Shown here piece after piece: positions 15,866 through 30,210 of a DNA stretch of 64,000 bases; position 1 is the first letter of the stretch; each line of letters starts with the position of its first letter. Position numbers and translations under genes: made by a program. The stretch lies in NCBI RefSeq assembly GCF_009914755.1, contig NC_060946.1, one strand, 5' to 3'. The notes below the pieces were generated by a model. That model made no database searches. It was not told where the DNA came from and saw only the letters and a program-made list of their open reading frames with translations. This stretch comes from the human T2T-CHM13v2.0 reference genome, Homo sapiens.

Positions 15866-17149
15866 GAATCCTGTCATTTCCTTGAATTGCAAAATTAAAA
15901 CCTCATAAGCTACAGTTTCCACATCTGTACAATGATAACATCATTAGAATCTTCCTGGGGAGATAGCAGTGTAGAGAAAATAATACATCGGCAGCAGGAA
16001 GAAGAGTTCGTGGTACACAGTGAAGTTTGGAAAGGTGTTCCTATTGACATCATTATAATCATGACCACCATCATCATTTCTTAGAAACACAGAATTGACA
16101 GGACTCACTGATTAAGAGTATTTGACAGTGAAATATGAGAGAAGAGATTGCCTTGGTCAATTCTTGAGTATCCATCTGGTAGAGCTTGGAAAAGTGGTGG
16201 AAGCAGAATTTTTGGGAAAAACATTTAAAATAAACTTAAACACCTTACTTTTGATCTGTGTGATGTACAGAACTGGTGATGAACAGGGCAACCTTGTCAC
16301 TTTAAAATATATCTGATTGCCAATTTGCAGCATCACAAGACTAGTAAACATTTACTGTGAAACATTCAGAAAATACAAATTACCAAAAGAATAGAGTTTA
16401 CCTATTGCTTAGTTTTCTCCAGCAATGGAGAGATCAATAATAATAAATCTGACACCAATTCAAAATATGAAACTTTAGGGTACTCAAGTACTAAAAGGTT
16501 TTTTTTTTTAATGTAAACAAACTCACAGGTAACAGTGTCCAAAGTAGAACATTAGAAATGAGAGATTCTTGATGTAACAACAGGTCCAGGTGATGATAAT
16601 TCAAGGCTGCTGAAACAAGTGAATGAAATCTTGAAGGGATCTTAATGATGAGAACTAATTCTTGCTTGTTGGAGTGATGAGACAAATGGTCCAAAAATTA
16701 AAAAACAAAACAAAACAACAACAACAACAAAATAATTTGTTGCTTGCAAATAGGCCCTAGAAGCAATATGAAACAGTCTTCAAATGAATAGATGAGAAAA
16801 ATCGCATCTGACCTAATTAATTCAATGTCACAAAAAGAGAGACAATGTGTTATTTAAAGGGATGAGACAGAAAAAACACTCTTGTAAATAAAGAGAGAAG
16901 AGTACAATGAAGTACCCATTTCCACCTACGAGGAACGGGCATGTAAGAAAATACGGGAATCATGTGCAGATGATATAATTACTTATCTAGAGGCACCATA
17001 AAAATGTTTTTCCCCAAATAATGTCCATTAGGGATAAAATTTTAAGAAAGAAAGGATGTTACTTTTAAAGACAATTGTTAAATACCTAGTAAATAGAGTA
17101 AGTGAGTAAGAAAAGCAGAAAGAAAATAAGTTGCAGCTACCAGATACCC

Positions 17150-17275
17150 ACAAAAAGAAAGAAAAGGGAAAAAGAAGGAATGGAGGGAGAGAGCACAAAT
17201 GGAAAGAAAAAGGGTGGGAAGGAGGAGGGAGAGTAGAGAGAGAAATTACAGAAGTAGGCGAGGGGTATAAAGGAA
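17150..17275. repeat. GA-rich low-complexity tract
   Basis: Strongly purine-biased + strand. Confidence 0.7.
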
Positions 17276-17981
17276 AGCATGGAAAGACAACTGCAGAGAC
17301 ATCAGAGTTTCTGGGCCTCAGGATAGGGGAAAAATACATCCAACATTATAAGAAATATATCCCACTCTCTCCCCAGCAATCCATACATCGAATATGATAT
17401 TAATGCAGATTGCACCTTTCTGGCTGCCCCAACCACTTCCTTCTCCTTTGGACTCACAGAAGGACCTCTATAATTTATTTCTGGAAAACACTTATGAAAA
17501 TATGCACATATGAAAAGGGCCACAGAGTTTAGAAATGGGTCTTCCAGAGTCTAAAATTCAAGGTAGAAAGTGAAAGTAAAGTCACTGAACAATGGAATTT
17601 AGGCATGTGTTTGTGATTAAGTGAACTTGTTTCTTGTACTCACATAGCCAGTGCATCACTGCATCTGAATAACAAAAAATATGGTAGATTTCTGCCCCTT
17701 TGAGATTTCACTTAAATACGAAGCACTTTCTCCTTCTGATGTTTAAAAACATGCTGAAATTTGTAATATATTAGTAACAACCACTGTCCCACCCAAATGC
17801 TAAGCAGCTGCTTCTCTTCTCTGAAAATCAGAATCAAGAGAGGGAGTTTCTAGGCTCAAGACTCGGGAAAAGCCACCCCTGATATCCAGAGATTTATGTT
17901 AAGATCCCCAGCTGAGACAGGCAGAGGTCAAGGTAGGCTGAAGAAGCTGATCTGAGATGGTCGAGGGCTGCTCCTACTTAC

Positions 17982-18100
17982 CTTGCCTATTTGCCACCCT
18001 CACAGTTTTGAAACTCGTTCAAAAAGTAAATGCTTTTGTTCACCTCTTTAACAGCACCATTTCTGGTCTCGTTTTCAACACTACGTCCTTTGCTTTGCAG
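17982..18100 (-). other. XKR3: Candidate distal non-coding exon 1 of XKR3 (TSS uncertain)
   Basis: Strong minus-strand donor AAG|GTAAGT after 17982 in unique sequence; TGAGTCA (AP-1) motif at 18175-18181 upstream. Confidence 0.55.
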
Positions 18101-19602
18101 GTAAAATTGCTTATTTTCTTGCCTTTTTATGACTAAAGTAGGCTTGCAGTTTGGAGTCAGGTGACTGCACTAGCTGAGTCATCTTCCCTTGAAAACACCA
18201 AGGCATTCTTCCTCCCTACAGAGTCACACATCTTAGTTCCCCAAAACGCTCAGCCACAATTTGACTTCGATTGTCCTACATTTAAGGTGATATTTTTCTG
18301 ATTCTCCCATTAACTCCCTCTTCTCTTCGCACCCATGGCCCATCTTTTGCTGCTGTCTAGTAGCCATTCATCCCCTCCCATCACAAAAGAAGTCTGTACT
18401 TCCTTCAGACAGAGCAACAAGAAAATTCCCCAGAAAGCAAACAATTAAACAAATTTTAATTTTGCCTTTTTTAAATGAAAATTCTGTCAAAATTGATGAA
18501 CCACATCTGGTAGGAGCACCTGTTTTATTTTCACAAAGAGTTTTCTGATCTGGACATTTTTGTTACTTACTGCTAATATGGAAAATTTTGAACTAAACAA
18601 AATACACCCCCAAAACTTAAACTATGTTAAACCAAGACAAGCTTCTAACAATGACACCTCTTTCCAGTATGAGAGAACTGCCTCCTACAGTATAAGAAAT
18701 ATCAAAATCATTATTTTTTTATTCCACACATATTCAACACTTAAAGCCAAGGCATTAGAATTTTAATATACCACCTCTCAAGCATGAACATATAAAAATT
18801 CTTACTGTAAATGGGGCATGATTATTTTTCAAAGAGAAGAAATATTTTATTCAATTCTAAGATTAATTCACAAATTTGACTCCTGTTTTATAATGATAAC
18901 TTTACGTTGCAGGACACAGAGATTATTCCTTAAGAAATATTTTTTAAATAGATATTTGGCTCTTGGAACCAAATAATAAAATTTTCTGCTTAGACATACA
19001 TACAAATTTACTTTACTTAAAACACTTTCTTGTTATTATTACATTTTTAAATCTCCCACTCTTTGGGATCTCCTTATAAGTAGGTCACTTGCTTTTAAAA
19101 TCTTACATAATTAACATGTCAGATATTTACAGACATACCAAATGAAAGTATTATTTATTCTATGATATGAATAAAAAATGTTTTGAATAGATACATACAT
19201 GAATAACTTTTTATTCTGAAATCTAATCAGTTTTATTCATATTTGATTTTATTTTAATTTTTTAAGGTATGTTTCACATAATACAAAATTACATTATTCA
19301 AAATTATATTATTAAAACATTTCTATCATCAAACAGGAAACCCCATTATCTACTTAACAGTTCTTTCTATTCCCCAGCCCCTGACAACCATTAACCTACC
19401 TTTTGTCTATATGGCCATGTCTTTTTACCATATATGTTTTACACTGCATCAGTTTTCAATCCAACATGCCAAGCTGAGAGAGTTTTTAAAATATTTATTT
19501 TTATTTTTTTGCACCGTCCAATTACCAGGCCCTATGCTCCTCGCACCAATCTAGTAAGACTGTGTGTGTCAAGGAGAAAATTATGTTTATTTCAGGGATT
19601 GA

Positions 19603-19931
<329 letters not shown>

Positions 19932-20070
19932 CTCCTTATTAATTTAAAAGATTCTGCAGGCATGAAACTTTTGCAGAATAAACTGTGTAAGTAATCATTC
20001 TATATTTTATTTTTACCAGATACATTTCTGAGACTGGGAAGTAAACAGTCTTGGCCAAATTTTTATGTTT

Positions 20071-20083
20071 GTTGCTAGGTGAC
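20071..20083 (+). promoter_or_regulatory. RFX X-box-like motif upstream of HSFY1P1
   Basis: GTTGCTAGGTGAC vs X-box GTTGCYAGGCAAC; ~160 bp 5' of the HSFY ATG. Confidence 0.4.
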
Positions 20084-20237
20084 CAAAGTCCTCTTGTGAT
20101 GCCATTGCTACTCAGGTTGGAAACCACTGTGGTGATCTCAATTACTTTACCTGAGTAGACTACTGAAGCAGCATTTGAAGCTGCAGTCTTGAAACACATG
20201 CAGGCTGGAAAAGTCGCTAAAGAATTACTTATTTGAG

Positions 20238-22006
20238 ATGGCACATGTTTCTGCAGAAACTCAAGATGTTTCTCCTAAAGATGAATCAACTGGTTCAAAA
20301 GCCTCCTCTGGGTCTCCATTGTGTGAACACATAATCCCTGGGGATTCAGACTTAAGGTCAATGACTGAATCAATGATTTTCAGGTTTTGCCACAAGGATC
20401 CTTGATAAAAAGGCCACATTATACTTTATGTCTCTGAGCCAGATAAAGATAATGATTTTCCTTCTCTGACCTTTCCCAGTAAACTTTGGAAAATAGCTGA
20501 AAGTGACCAATTCAAGTCTAATTCATAGGATAAGAATGAAACTTGCATAGTGACTAATGAAGAACTCTTCAAGAAAGAAAATTTGGAAATAAAGGCTCCT
20601 TACAGAATATTTCAAACTGACAGTATGAAAATCTTAATTTGACAGCTCAACCTTTATGGATTTAGTAAAATTCAACAGAATTTTCACAGATCTGCTTTTC
20701 TAGCCAACTTTCTGGCAGAAGAAAAAGAAATTTCTGTTTTAAGCAAGGTATTCAAAATATTTCAGTTACCACTTTGAGTATATATGTAATTTCATTTTAT
20801 ATATCAGTAACTATGTTAATACATGCAGTAAGATCAGATTTTAAAAATTATATCAAATATTAAGGTAAAAATTACTTAATTTTTTTGAAATTATTGAGTG
20901 CAGGTTGAGCATTAAACTTTCAGGTTTTAAGAAATGTTGCTAACAACATTCAGTCTTACCAGTGAACTCCAAATAAAGATACCAAAGCCACTTAGTGAAA
21001 TGTTACTATTAAATGTATAACATGTTTTCACCAGAGGGCTTCAAAACTTGAGTGTTTTTTTTTTCTCAACAAGCATGTTCTTAAAAATAGTAAACAATGT
21101 TCATTCATTATTTGATGATATTAACTTTGTGTGATAAAACAGAAATCTGAGATTGTATGGGTTATGTTTGTTATTGTTACTTGCCTCTTGGTTTAAAATG
21201 GCACTGAATTACCTTCTCCTTGGTTTTAGTTAAAGTTGTATTATCATCCGAATTTCAAACGTGGCTGTCCCCAACTTTTAATAAGAACGAAAAGAAGAAT
21301 TAAGATTAAAAACACTTCTCTTGTATCTACTTCACTGAATATTTCAAGAAACACTTTAGAGCAGGGGCTAACACAGATAAACATAATTCTGTCTTAGCTG
21401 CTGAAACTAGTGAAGAAAGTTCATTTTCAACATCTACAAATTTAAATATGACTCTAACAAGGAAATCTTCTGTCAGCCAGGGCATTGCTGGTTCACCTGA
21501 CCCAATTAGAAGTGGTTTCCCTCCTCTTCCATTTCAACCTCAGTTGGACAATCAGAACAAATTACAACAAATCAACATGCTATTTTAAATCAATTGACAA
21601 ATATTCATATGCACTCTCATAGCACCGACATGTAAGCAAATGGCCACGTTGTGAATTTTGTTACAACCACAGCTTCTCGATACTACATCATATCTCCCTC
21701 CTTTGGGGCTGATAGTGAAACCACCTACTTTTTCCCACCAGATATCCTGAGGTATTAGCCAATGAGGCTCCTCATTCTAACCTGCTACCAGCAGGCAACC
21801 TGTGGTTGTAAATGACTGCGACAGCTGATACATCAGTTGCCTTTCGTTACAGGCCAGCTCTTCAACCATCTTTACTGGAAAAATATCACCCTAGTTACAA
21901 CTGATCTTCCACCAAAAGAGTACCAGATTATGCATGACAACAGAGACTGAAATTTATGTTGACAAGAACATTAAAAATTCCTGCAATAATCTTACTGAAC
22001 AATAAA
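20238..22006 (+). pseudogene. HSFY1P1: Unprocessed HSFY (heat shock transcription factor, Y-linked) pseudogene; exon 1 20238-20747, intron 20748-21229, exon 2 21230-21904 (stop), AATAAA 22001-22006
   Basis: Translates as MAHVSAETQDVSPKDE..., FPSKLWKI, QLNLYGFSKIQQNF, LKLYYHPNFKRG ... KYHPSYN*, matching HSFY. GT-AG intron retained. Disabled by a 1-nt deletion near 20370 (TGA at 20403), TAG at 20526, TGA at 20640 and further stops in exon 2. Confidence 0.95.
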
Positions 22007-22206
22007 ATTACATGTTGACCTTTATGGTTGCTTTTCCTTTATTTCTAAAAATACAGTTAGGAGTAAAATGGGGCTTTGTTTTAGTGGCAGGCTACTGTAC
22101 CGCATTTAAAAAAAAATATGTGCTTTTTTATCATTTGATGGGAAATTTGACATGGCCCTTTGTAAGCTAGTTTATTTAATTATCTAAAGAGGAAGAAATA
22201 ATAGAG

Positions 22207-22490
22207 TGTTTTAGTCCATTTGCTGCTGCGACAACACAATACCACTGACTGGGTAATTTGTAAGGTGACTTATTTTGCTCATTATTCTGAAGGCTGGAAA
22301 GTCCAAGGGGCTGCATCTGGTGAGATCTTCTTTCTATGTTGCAACATGGCAGGAGGCCATCCTACGGTAAAGGACATGTGATAAACAGAAAATCAGGGCC
22401 AAACTCATCCTTGGTTCCAAAGCCCACTCACACAATAACTAGCCTGTTCGCCAGATAATGCTATCAATCCCGCCATGAGGGTGCACACTC
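22207..22490. mobile_element. MaLR LTR fragment (MST/MLT1-like)
   Basis: tgtttttagtccatttgctgctg...gactgggtaattt...ctgaaggctggaaagtccaag. Confidence 0.75.
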
Positions 22491-23035
22491 ACGATTTTAT
22501 GGTTTCTAAGTCCACAGTCAACGTTGGCTAATTCACATACATATGTTTATATATCAAAACCATGGCAGCAGGCAAGGGAAAAAGAAGGAATTGGAGTTAG
22601 AAAAGAGTAATAACTGACTTCTCAAGTAGTCTGGCATAAATCAAATGAGGGCCTAAATTACAATGGCACAAAAAGAATAGATATGCACACACACACGCAC
22701 ACACAGAAAATCTAGAGAAACATTAACACACACTATATACTTCAGTATTTTCTCACTTTTTCTCAGTTATTTTAAACTTGGATTTTAGTTGGCAAAGATT
22801 TTCTTCATTACAATTCATACCTAGCGAGCTCAGTAACCATGATCACAATTATTTGTGTCCTCACTTGCGCAATAAACTTCACATATTTTACTCATGGATT
22901 GTATCACTGTAGGCACATGGTAGAATTTTATAGCTGGCATTATCAATAGACCTTTTTGATCTTCCATCAAAGCTTGTGGCTTTAATTACTTCCTGTAAGA
23001 GTCCACCTTTCATGTTTTCTAATGCACATTTTCCT

Positions 23036-23395
<360 letters not shown>

Positions 23396-24564
23396 TAATA
23401 CTTTCTAGATTCTGAGCCTATATCCCCAGCATAACTGAACAAATCCCTTCAAGACCTGATATTTGTCTGCCTTGCAGCTTCATGTGTTTCTGTTTCATCA
23501 CCGTCCTATTTGAAGCAACATTCAGGCAACTCCACTTTCAGCCATGCCTTTTATCATCTGGTAACTTTGCCCCCATTTCTTTCCTGGAGATAAAAACTCT
23601 CTCCCTCTTTGCCTACTTAAGACTCCTATAGCACAGACATCACTTCTTCCAGGAGGTGCTTCTTATCTATCAGATTAGTTTTCTCGTCTGTCTTGGACAC
23701 TCAGTACTGATGTAACACAGTACCTGATGTATGTATGTATGTGTATTAGTCAATGATGACTGTGGACTTAAAACCATAAAATCTATCTTTATTGTCAAAA
23801 ACAAACATTCCTGGTGTTGCGGCATTACACTTTACTCTTCGTTCTTCACCAGAACTTTTCTTTAGAGGTTAGGTCACAGTAGTGTTCATTAGAGAGGCAA
23901 TAATTTTGACTTACTAAAACTACTATCACTGTTTATCACTTCAACTATCACACTTTCTTTTTAGGTCTAGTTCTGATTTTCCCCTGCTTCTTCTAAAATT
24001 TCTTTTTCATCTTCTGCTTTGACTCGCAGTCTTTGCCTGAAATAACTAGGTGGGTGCTTACTACTCCTTCCTTTATTTGCAGCAGAGATTCCCAGCTGTT
24101 GTGCCGAAATGGATTACACTGAGAATCCCAGCTGCGCAGCTTTTCAGAAGCAGCATTCATGGTGGATTTGGTGTACTATACAACTTCTGGTGTCACAAGC
24201 TAAGGCCTGACATGATTTATCACTCAGTTTTCTGGGAAAGCTGGGGTTGGAATGGGGTTGGAATTGGGTACGAATTTGGACAGCCAGATTCCTCAGGCTG
24301 GAAACCTACTGCCGCCATCCTACCATACACATATATTTTCAAGTTATGCCTAAGTAGAAAAAGTTCAGAATCAATTATGTACACGGGGAATACTGATTCT
24401 TTATCCTGGCATACCATGACACAAGACAATGGTCATTTCACCTATGTCCACAGGGTATTAAGATATATACCACATTTTAGTTCTCAAAACTGTATTTTCA
24501 GAGGGTACTGTGATATACACGGTTAAATGCTGAACATGAAGAATGGTAAAAAGAAAAAAAACTG

Positions 24565-24800
24565 GGACAAACACGGTGGCTCACAACCGTAATCCCAGCA
24601 CTTTATGAGGCCGAGGCGGGTAGATCGCCTGAGGTCAGGAGTTTGAGACCAGCCATGTCAACATGGTGAAACCCCATCTCTTCTAAAAATACAAAAATTA
24701 GCCAAGCATAATGGTGGGCACCTTTAATTCAAGCTAGTCAGGAGACTGAAGCCAGAGAATGGCTTGAACCCAGGAGGCAGAGGTTGCAGTAAGCCAAGAC
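24565..24800 (+). mobile_element. Alu (AluSx-like), 3'-truncated
   Basis: Alu body ends at gcagtaagccaaga with no tail. Confidence 0.9.
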
Positions 24801-25423
24801 AGAAATTTCCCCTAAAAGCCCAATTTTTATAGCCAAAGGCTAGGAAAGGAACATTTTACTAAGACAAAGATAATTTTTATAATAACCATCCTACTTTAGC
24901 CAAACTACACAGCACAAAACAAAGGAAAATAAAAAACCTAGCCAGGACAACAAAGTCCAAGTCAGAACATCCATTGTACCAGGCAGTAATGAAACATCCC
25001 AATCCCCTGCTGGAGTGGAATTAGAGAAGGTAGAGTAAAGAGCTAGAGTTTTCAACCCTGCCATGTAGTAACAAGACACCCTTCCCCTCCTAGACAGGGA
25101 GGTACAAGTAAGGCCTAGGGTGAAGCTAGAATCTGGGTATTTATTTGTCAGTAATGAGGAGCCCTGCCTTTTGTGTCAAAGAGAAAAAGGGAAATTGGAA
25201 TTGTGCCCCTACTTGACAAGCATACCCTTTCCTCTGTTAGGTTGGTTTCAGACAAAGCCAGCTACACTGAAAAATAGAATGTCATAATAAGATCCAGAGT
25301 CTCCTAGTAGTCTCCCAAATGTTTAACTTGGAAATAAAAATCTCTCATCTTGGCAAGAAAGAGGAAGCCCTGCACATCAATGAAATAACATGATAAATAT
25401 AAACACAGAAATTTCAGTGCTAT

Positions 25424-25813
25424 TGTTACAGGATCCCTGAGATGTTGATTTTTCTGGCAGGAAACCTCTGTGGCCATTGCGCCTTTGCCTAAGTTCTTGT
25501 CCTGCATGCAGGAAGAATGAGGTACACAGACAAGCAGAGGGTGAAGAAGAAGAGTTCTATTTAGTGTTAAAAGAGCTCAGAGGAGTGGGTAGCTCCTCTC
25601 TATAGGCAGCTCCTCCCATGGAGCATTCAGTTCTCAGCAGAGAGGAGGCCCTGGAGAGGGTGTCTTCTCTCTGCAGGCAAGTTCTTTAAATGTCTCTGCA
25701 GGTCTCTGAAGCTCTCTGCCACAGCTGCTGCTCTCAGCAGAGAAGGTACTGCTCTCTGCGGCTGGTCCTCCCATTGTCCCCAGCTATCAGCAGGAAAAGT
25801 ACTCTTTTCTGTA
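25424..25813. mobile_element. Truncated ERV1 LTR (MER52/LTR27-like)
   Basis: TGTTACAGGATCC terminus, ggaaacctctgtggcca, repeated ctcagcagagagg/gctcctctct units; ends abruptly at the inverted-repeat arm. Confidence 0.7.
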
Positions 25814-28800
25814 GCAGATTGGCTTTTTAGTCTCTTCCTAAGTTCTTTCACAAAGCGAAGTTTTTAATTTAGATTTGATCCAGTTTACCAGTTTTCCTTT
25901 TATGTCTTATACCTTTGGTATAAAATGTAATAACTCTTTGCTACACCTAAGAGGCTTGAATTTTCTTTATGATTTTTTTCTAAAATGTTTCATAAAAAGT
26001 GTTATAATTTTATATTACATTCAAGTTCATAAGCATTTTGAGTTAATTTCTGTAGTGTGAGGTTTATGTTAAGGCTTTTTTTCTTTAGCCTATTGATGTT
26101 CACTTGCCCTAGCACCATTTGTTGAAAGGCTATTTTTCCTCCACTGATTTGTGTTTGCCAGCTTTGTGATGTATCAATTGGTAATAGCCATACCAGTGTG
26201 GCTCTATTTCTAGGCCTTCCCTTTGGATCCATTTTTATATGAATCTATCCCTATGCCAATACCACACTGTCATGATTACTTTAGCTGTGTGTAAGTCCTT
26301 GAAATACTGATGGATTCCTCCCACTCTATATTTCTTTTTCAAAATTGTCTTAGCTATCCAAGGATGTAAGTTTGCTTTGTCTGCAAAAATTCTTGCTGAG
26401 ATTTTTATAGGAATTGCATCAAATATATAGACCAAGCTAGGGAAAACTAACACAACATATTCAGTCTTCCCATCCATGAACATAGTGTATCTCCCTTTAT
26501 TTCTGCTTTGATTTCTTTCACCAGTGTTTTATATGTTTCAGCATACAGATCCCATATCTGTTTTGTTTTGTTTTAATGTACAACAAAGCATTTCATGTTC
26601 TTTGGAGCAGTTGTAGATGGTACTGTTGCTAAATTGGGGTACTGCTGACCTGTGGCATGGGGAAATAGCAGATTGCTGACTAGTTTAGGTTCACTTCAAC
26701 TGTTCAGTGCCTAGGAGGTTGGGTGGTGGTAGATGCTTAACTCCCCCACTGGAGCCTGGTGACCGGATAACACAGGATAGTGGGGAGGGCAGGTAAGAAG
26801 CACAGTGCAATGAACCCTACTTAGATCTGGCTCTTTAAAAACTGTTGTCGTTGGGTTGACCTGGATGCTCAGCTTGCTACTGGACTCTGCTGACACTGGC
26901 TAGGGAACTGGACTGTTGCCCTCTGTTCATGCCAAGTGGGTAATAAAAGATTAGATGCCTACTCTGCCTTTAGAGGGAATCAGAGCATCACTGATCTGGG
27001 AGAAGCTTGTCTCTCTACATGGCTCCACAGAAACCGCTGTAGTAGTTTTTTCTGTGGTGTTTGTCTGGAATAGCTTGGTTGTCTGGAATAGCTTGGTTAT
27101 TCCCGTAGAAGGGTTTTGAGTTGTTGTGTGTGGTTAGGTCATCCTCTCCTGTTCCTTTGGCTGGGAGAGAACAGGATTTCCTTGAAGTCTGTGCCTAATG
27201 GAGATTCTGTATTGGAAGCTTCTATAGTCCATCACCTGGGATACACTGAAGGCAAGAAGAAAATCCAGCAAATTTACCATAATATCACTGTTCAATTCCT
27301 AAAGACCCTAGACAAGCTGTCTTCCTCTTTGTACCTTTCAGAGTCTGTCTTTGTTTCTTGTTGTTATGTCTGTGGTGTTTTAGCTGTTACAAGGAAACAC
27401 TGGGGTACTGCATTGTAACTGGAAGTCCTAGGAAGGCGTTTAAAGTACCATGCAAACCAAATCCCATAAAGCAAAATGTGGGAAGATATGATTACAGAGA
27501 ATAAAATGATATATCTACAGTGAAGTGATTTTATAAAATAAAGTCTTCACTAAAATTAAAAAATCTCAAAGAAGTCTTTATAATATATGTGAAAAAGCCA
27601 ATGATTTTTAGCACATAAATAATATAGGTCAGTGAAGACCCGATGAAATACCTGCCATACACTTGGGAGAAAAAGAGTGTCAGCACTGCTTCCAGAAAAT
27701 ATAACCAAAAATGTGTTCTTTTTCAACTGCAGTAGAGATATAGTAATAACACCTTTCTCACAGGTTTTATTTGTTAAGTAACACATGATTTAATAGAAAC
27801 CAAGCACTCATTTCTAGGTCTCTGTTGCAAAGTGAACAATTGCAAAAGCAACTCTTATGAAAGCCAGAGATTACGAAAGAAAATTCTTTTTTAAAAAATC
27901 AAACTGGGTATCAAGAAAGAAAACAGCTCTGAGGTTTGGACTCCAATACTATTAATTTGAGATTAAACTTGGCAGTTCATTGAAATAGTTAATTGAGAAG
28001 TAAATTTGGATATATTCCCAAGAAAGAGACCATTTCTGTGTCCAATGGGGCTGGGCTCCCTGCCTAAATAATTGGTGAAAGAAAGTGTTGTTCAGACATT
28101 TAGCTGAAATACTTGTGTCAATTGGAAAGTCATTGCCCATGGATACTAGGATCTAACACAGAAAGAAGTTTTCATTCAAAGCCATGAGAAGAAAGATTCA
28201 TATCACAACCTCTGACCTGTGTGATATTCAAGACTGAGGTTAGATTTTTCATATTACCTGTATTATATAACTACCTGAAAAGCAGAAACTGGTATAACAT
28301 ACTAGATTGAACAATTAAGTTCTTAAAAACCTGGAAAGATTAACATAAAACTGCCCCCACCCAAGAATAAATTTACATTTAAGAACTTAAGATTGCTTTA
28401 CCACCTCAAAGGCAACATTACTAATTCATGGATGGACATTCCATGCCCTAAGAGATAGCCAAGGAAGACACACTTAAGGGTCACACTCAAGGATAAAAAG
28501 TGGAGTCAAAAAAAGTCATCATAATTAGTAGTTTAGGGGTTCTCTGAGACCAATAAATGGGATCTAAAGGCAAAACAGGTGGGTAGGAGGACAAAAATAC
28601 ATTTTTTAAATAGACAATTATACGTCATTGAAAAATGAACCATATACTAAAGGAACTCAATTTTTGCTTGTTTGTTTCTTATATAGTAGATTCAGCACAA
28701 ATATAGAAAGAACGAGTAATTTCCTAAGTAGATCTGAAAGTAAGTTTGCCAGGTGTAGGGGGAAAATTCAAGAATTTAAATATCATATGTCAATTTGAAA

Positions 28801-30004
28801 TTTGATAATTTGTTGACAAAAAACAAAGAATTTATTTTGAGTATAAACCTGTCCCATGCAATATTTAGAATAGTGCTAAATTACTAGAATATTGAAAATT
28901 ATATTAAAGGCTATTTGTTGCTTATTTAAAATGATAATGTCACTGGTAATCCTGTATTATATCTGGTGACCATACATAAAAGAGAAGTTAGGAAAGATGA
29001 ACTCGACACTTTTATATATTCATAAGAAACACTAGAAGACAAAAATGTATAAAAAGGGTAACATGCAAATTATGAAAATAATCTCTACCCAGGATATTAT
29101 TCCACATAAATTATCATTTAATAACATTTAATAACATTTTTCAACTCACGAAGATTATGCCAATATTAAAGACTTATGAAAAGGCCATGGAAAACAAGTA
29201 TAAAAGTTTTTTTTTTTAGCAAACAGAAAAATAAATCTCAAAATGAAAGAGGTATGCAAGAATTTTTTCTAAGAGGGCTAGAAATATGTTTTAGCTTGTT
29301 TAAAAAAAGTCAACTAACTGGGTCCTTCTGATTAACTACAGAAAGTAGAGAAATATGGTGATTAATGTCAAAAGCAGGAAAAGAAATAAATATGAGTAAG
29401 AAAAGTAAATCAATAAAATTAGAAAAACAGGTGGCAGGTGGGGAGACAGAGAGAAAAACAAAAGCAGATAGACAGGAGGCAAAGGCAGAAACAAAAAAAT
29501 CTAGGGTAAATAAAAAACTGTCTAAGCAGGTATAAGTTATGTAGATAAAAGAGTAACCATATTAGATGTAAACTGTTTAAACTTATGTTTAAACATTAGA
29601 TTGGTAAAAATTTTCTTCTGCCTAGGAATAATCACACTGAAATATTGAAAATAAAGGTTTAGAGAAAACTAACAAGTATTTATCAAAAAAGTTAGGCCAC
29701 TCATATTATATTAGGCAAAAGAGAATTTTAGAAAAAATGCAAGGAATAAAGAGGGACAATTATAGATAACAGGTGACAGACAAAATATGAAATATCAAAA
29801 TATGAAAAAAATTTAAAGATAATATAATAGTCACAAATTTAAATGCCTCAGTATCATTGTCTCAATATATGCCTGAGGTAAATTTGATGGACATCCATTT
29901 ATGTAGACAAGTCCCAATTGTAGTGAGAGGTGTTTAATGTATCAGTCATCTAGACTGACGAGTATACAGACATTATTTAGTGGTTAATTAAAATACTTTG
30001 CAAT
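25814..30004. repeat. Right arm of the ~4.1-kb inverted duplication
   Basis: Reverse complement of 8387-12522 along its whole length. Confidence 0.93.
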
Positions 30005-30210
30005 GTTTGTGTACTAACTTTTCATCAGCCATTTAATGTGAAGCTAACTAGTATAGCATGCTTTAATGATTTGACAGCTCTGCTAGGAGAGCAAGTATTA
30101 ACACAGAGTAGCCCTCATCCTCTTTAAAGTCAAGTCCATCTAATATAACTAGCACCTCGCTTTGCCTTCTCATATGCTCACTAGCCATCATGCTTACCCT
30201 TCCCTTCAAG

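Noticed and set aside
19939-20244. 101-aa minus-strand ORF over the HSFY1P1 promoter and 5' UTR
   Set aside because: No recognisable homology; its length is compatible with chance.
24050-24526. 158-aa ORF in unique DNA
   Set aside because: GTG start, no recognisable domain, no supporting gene structure.
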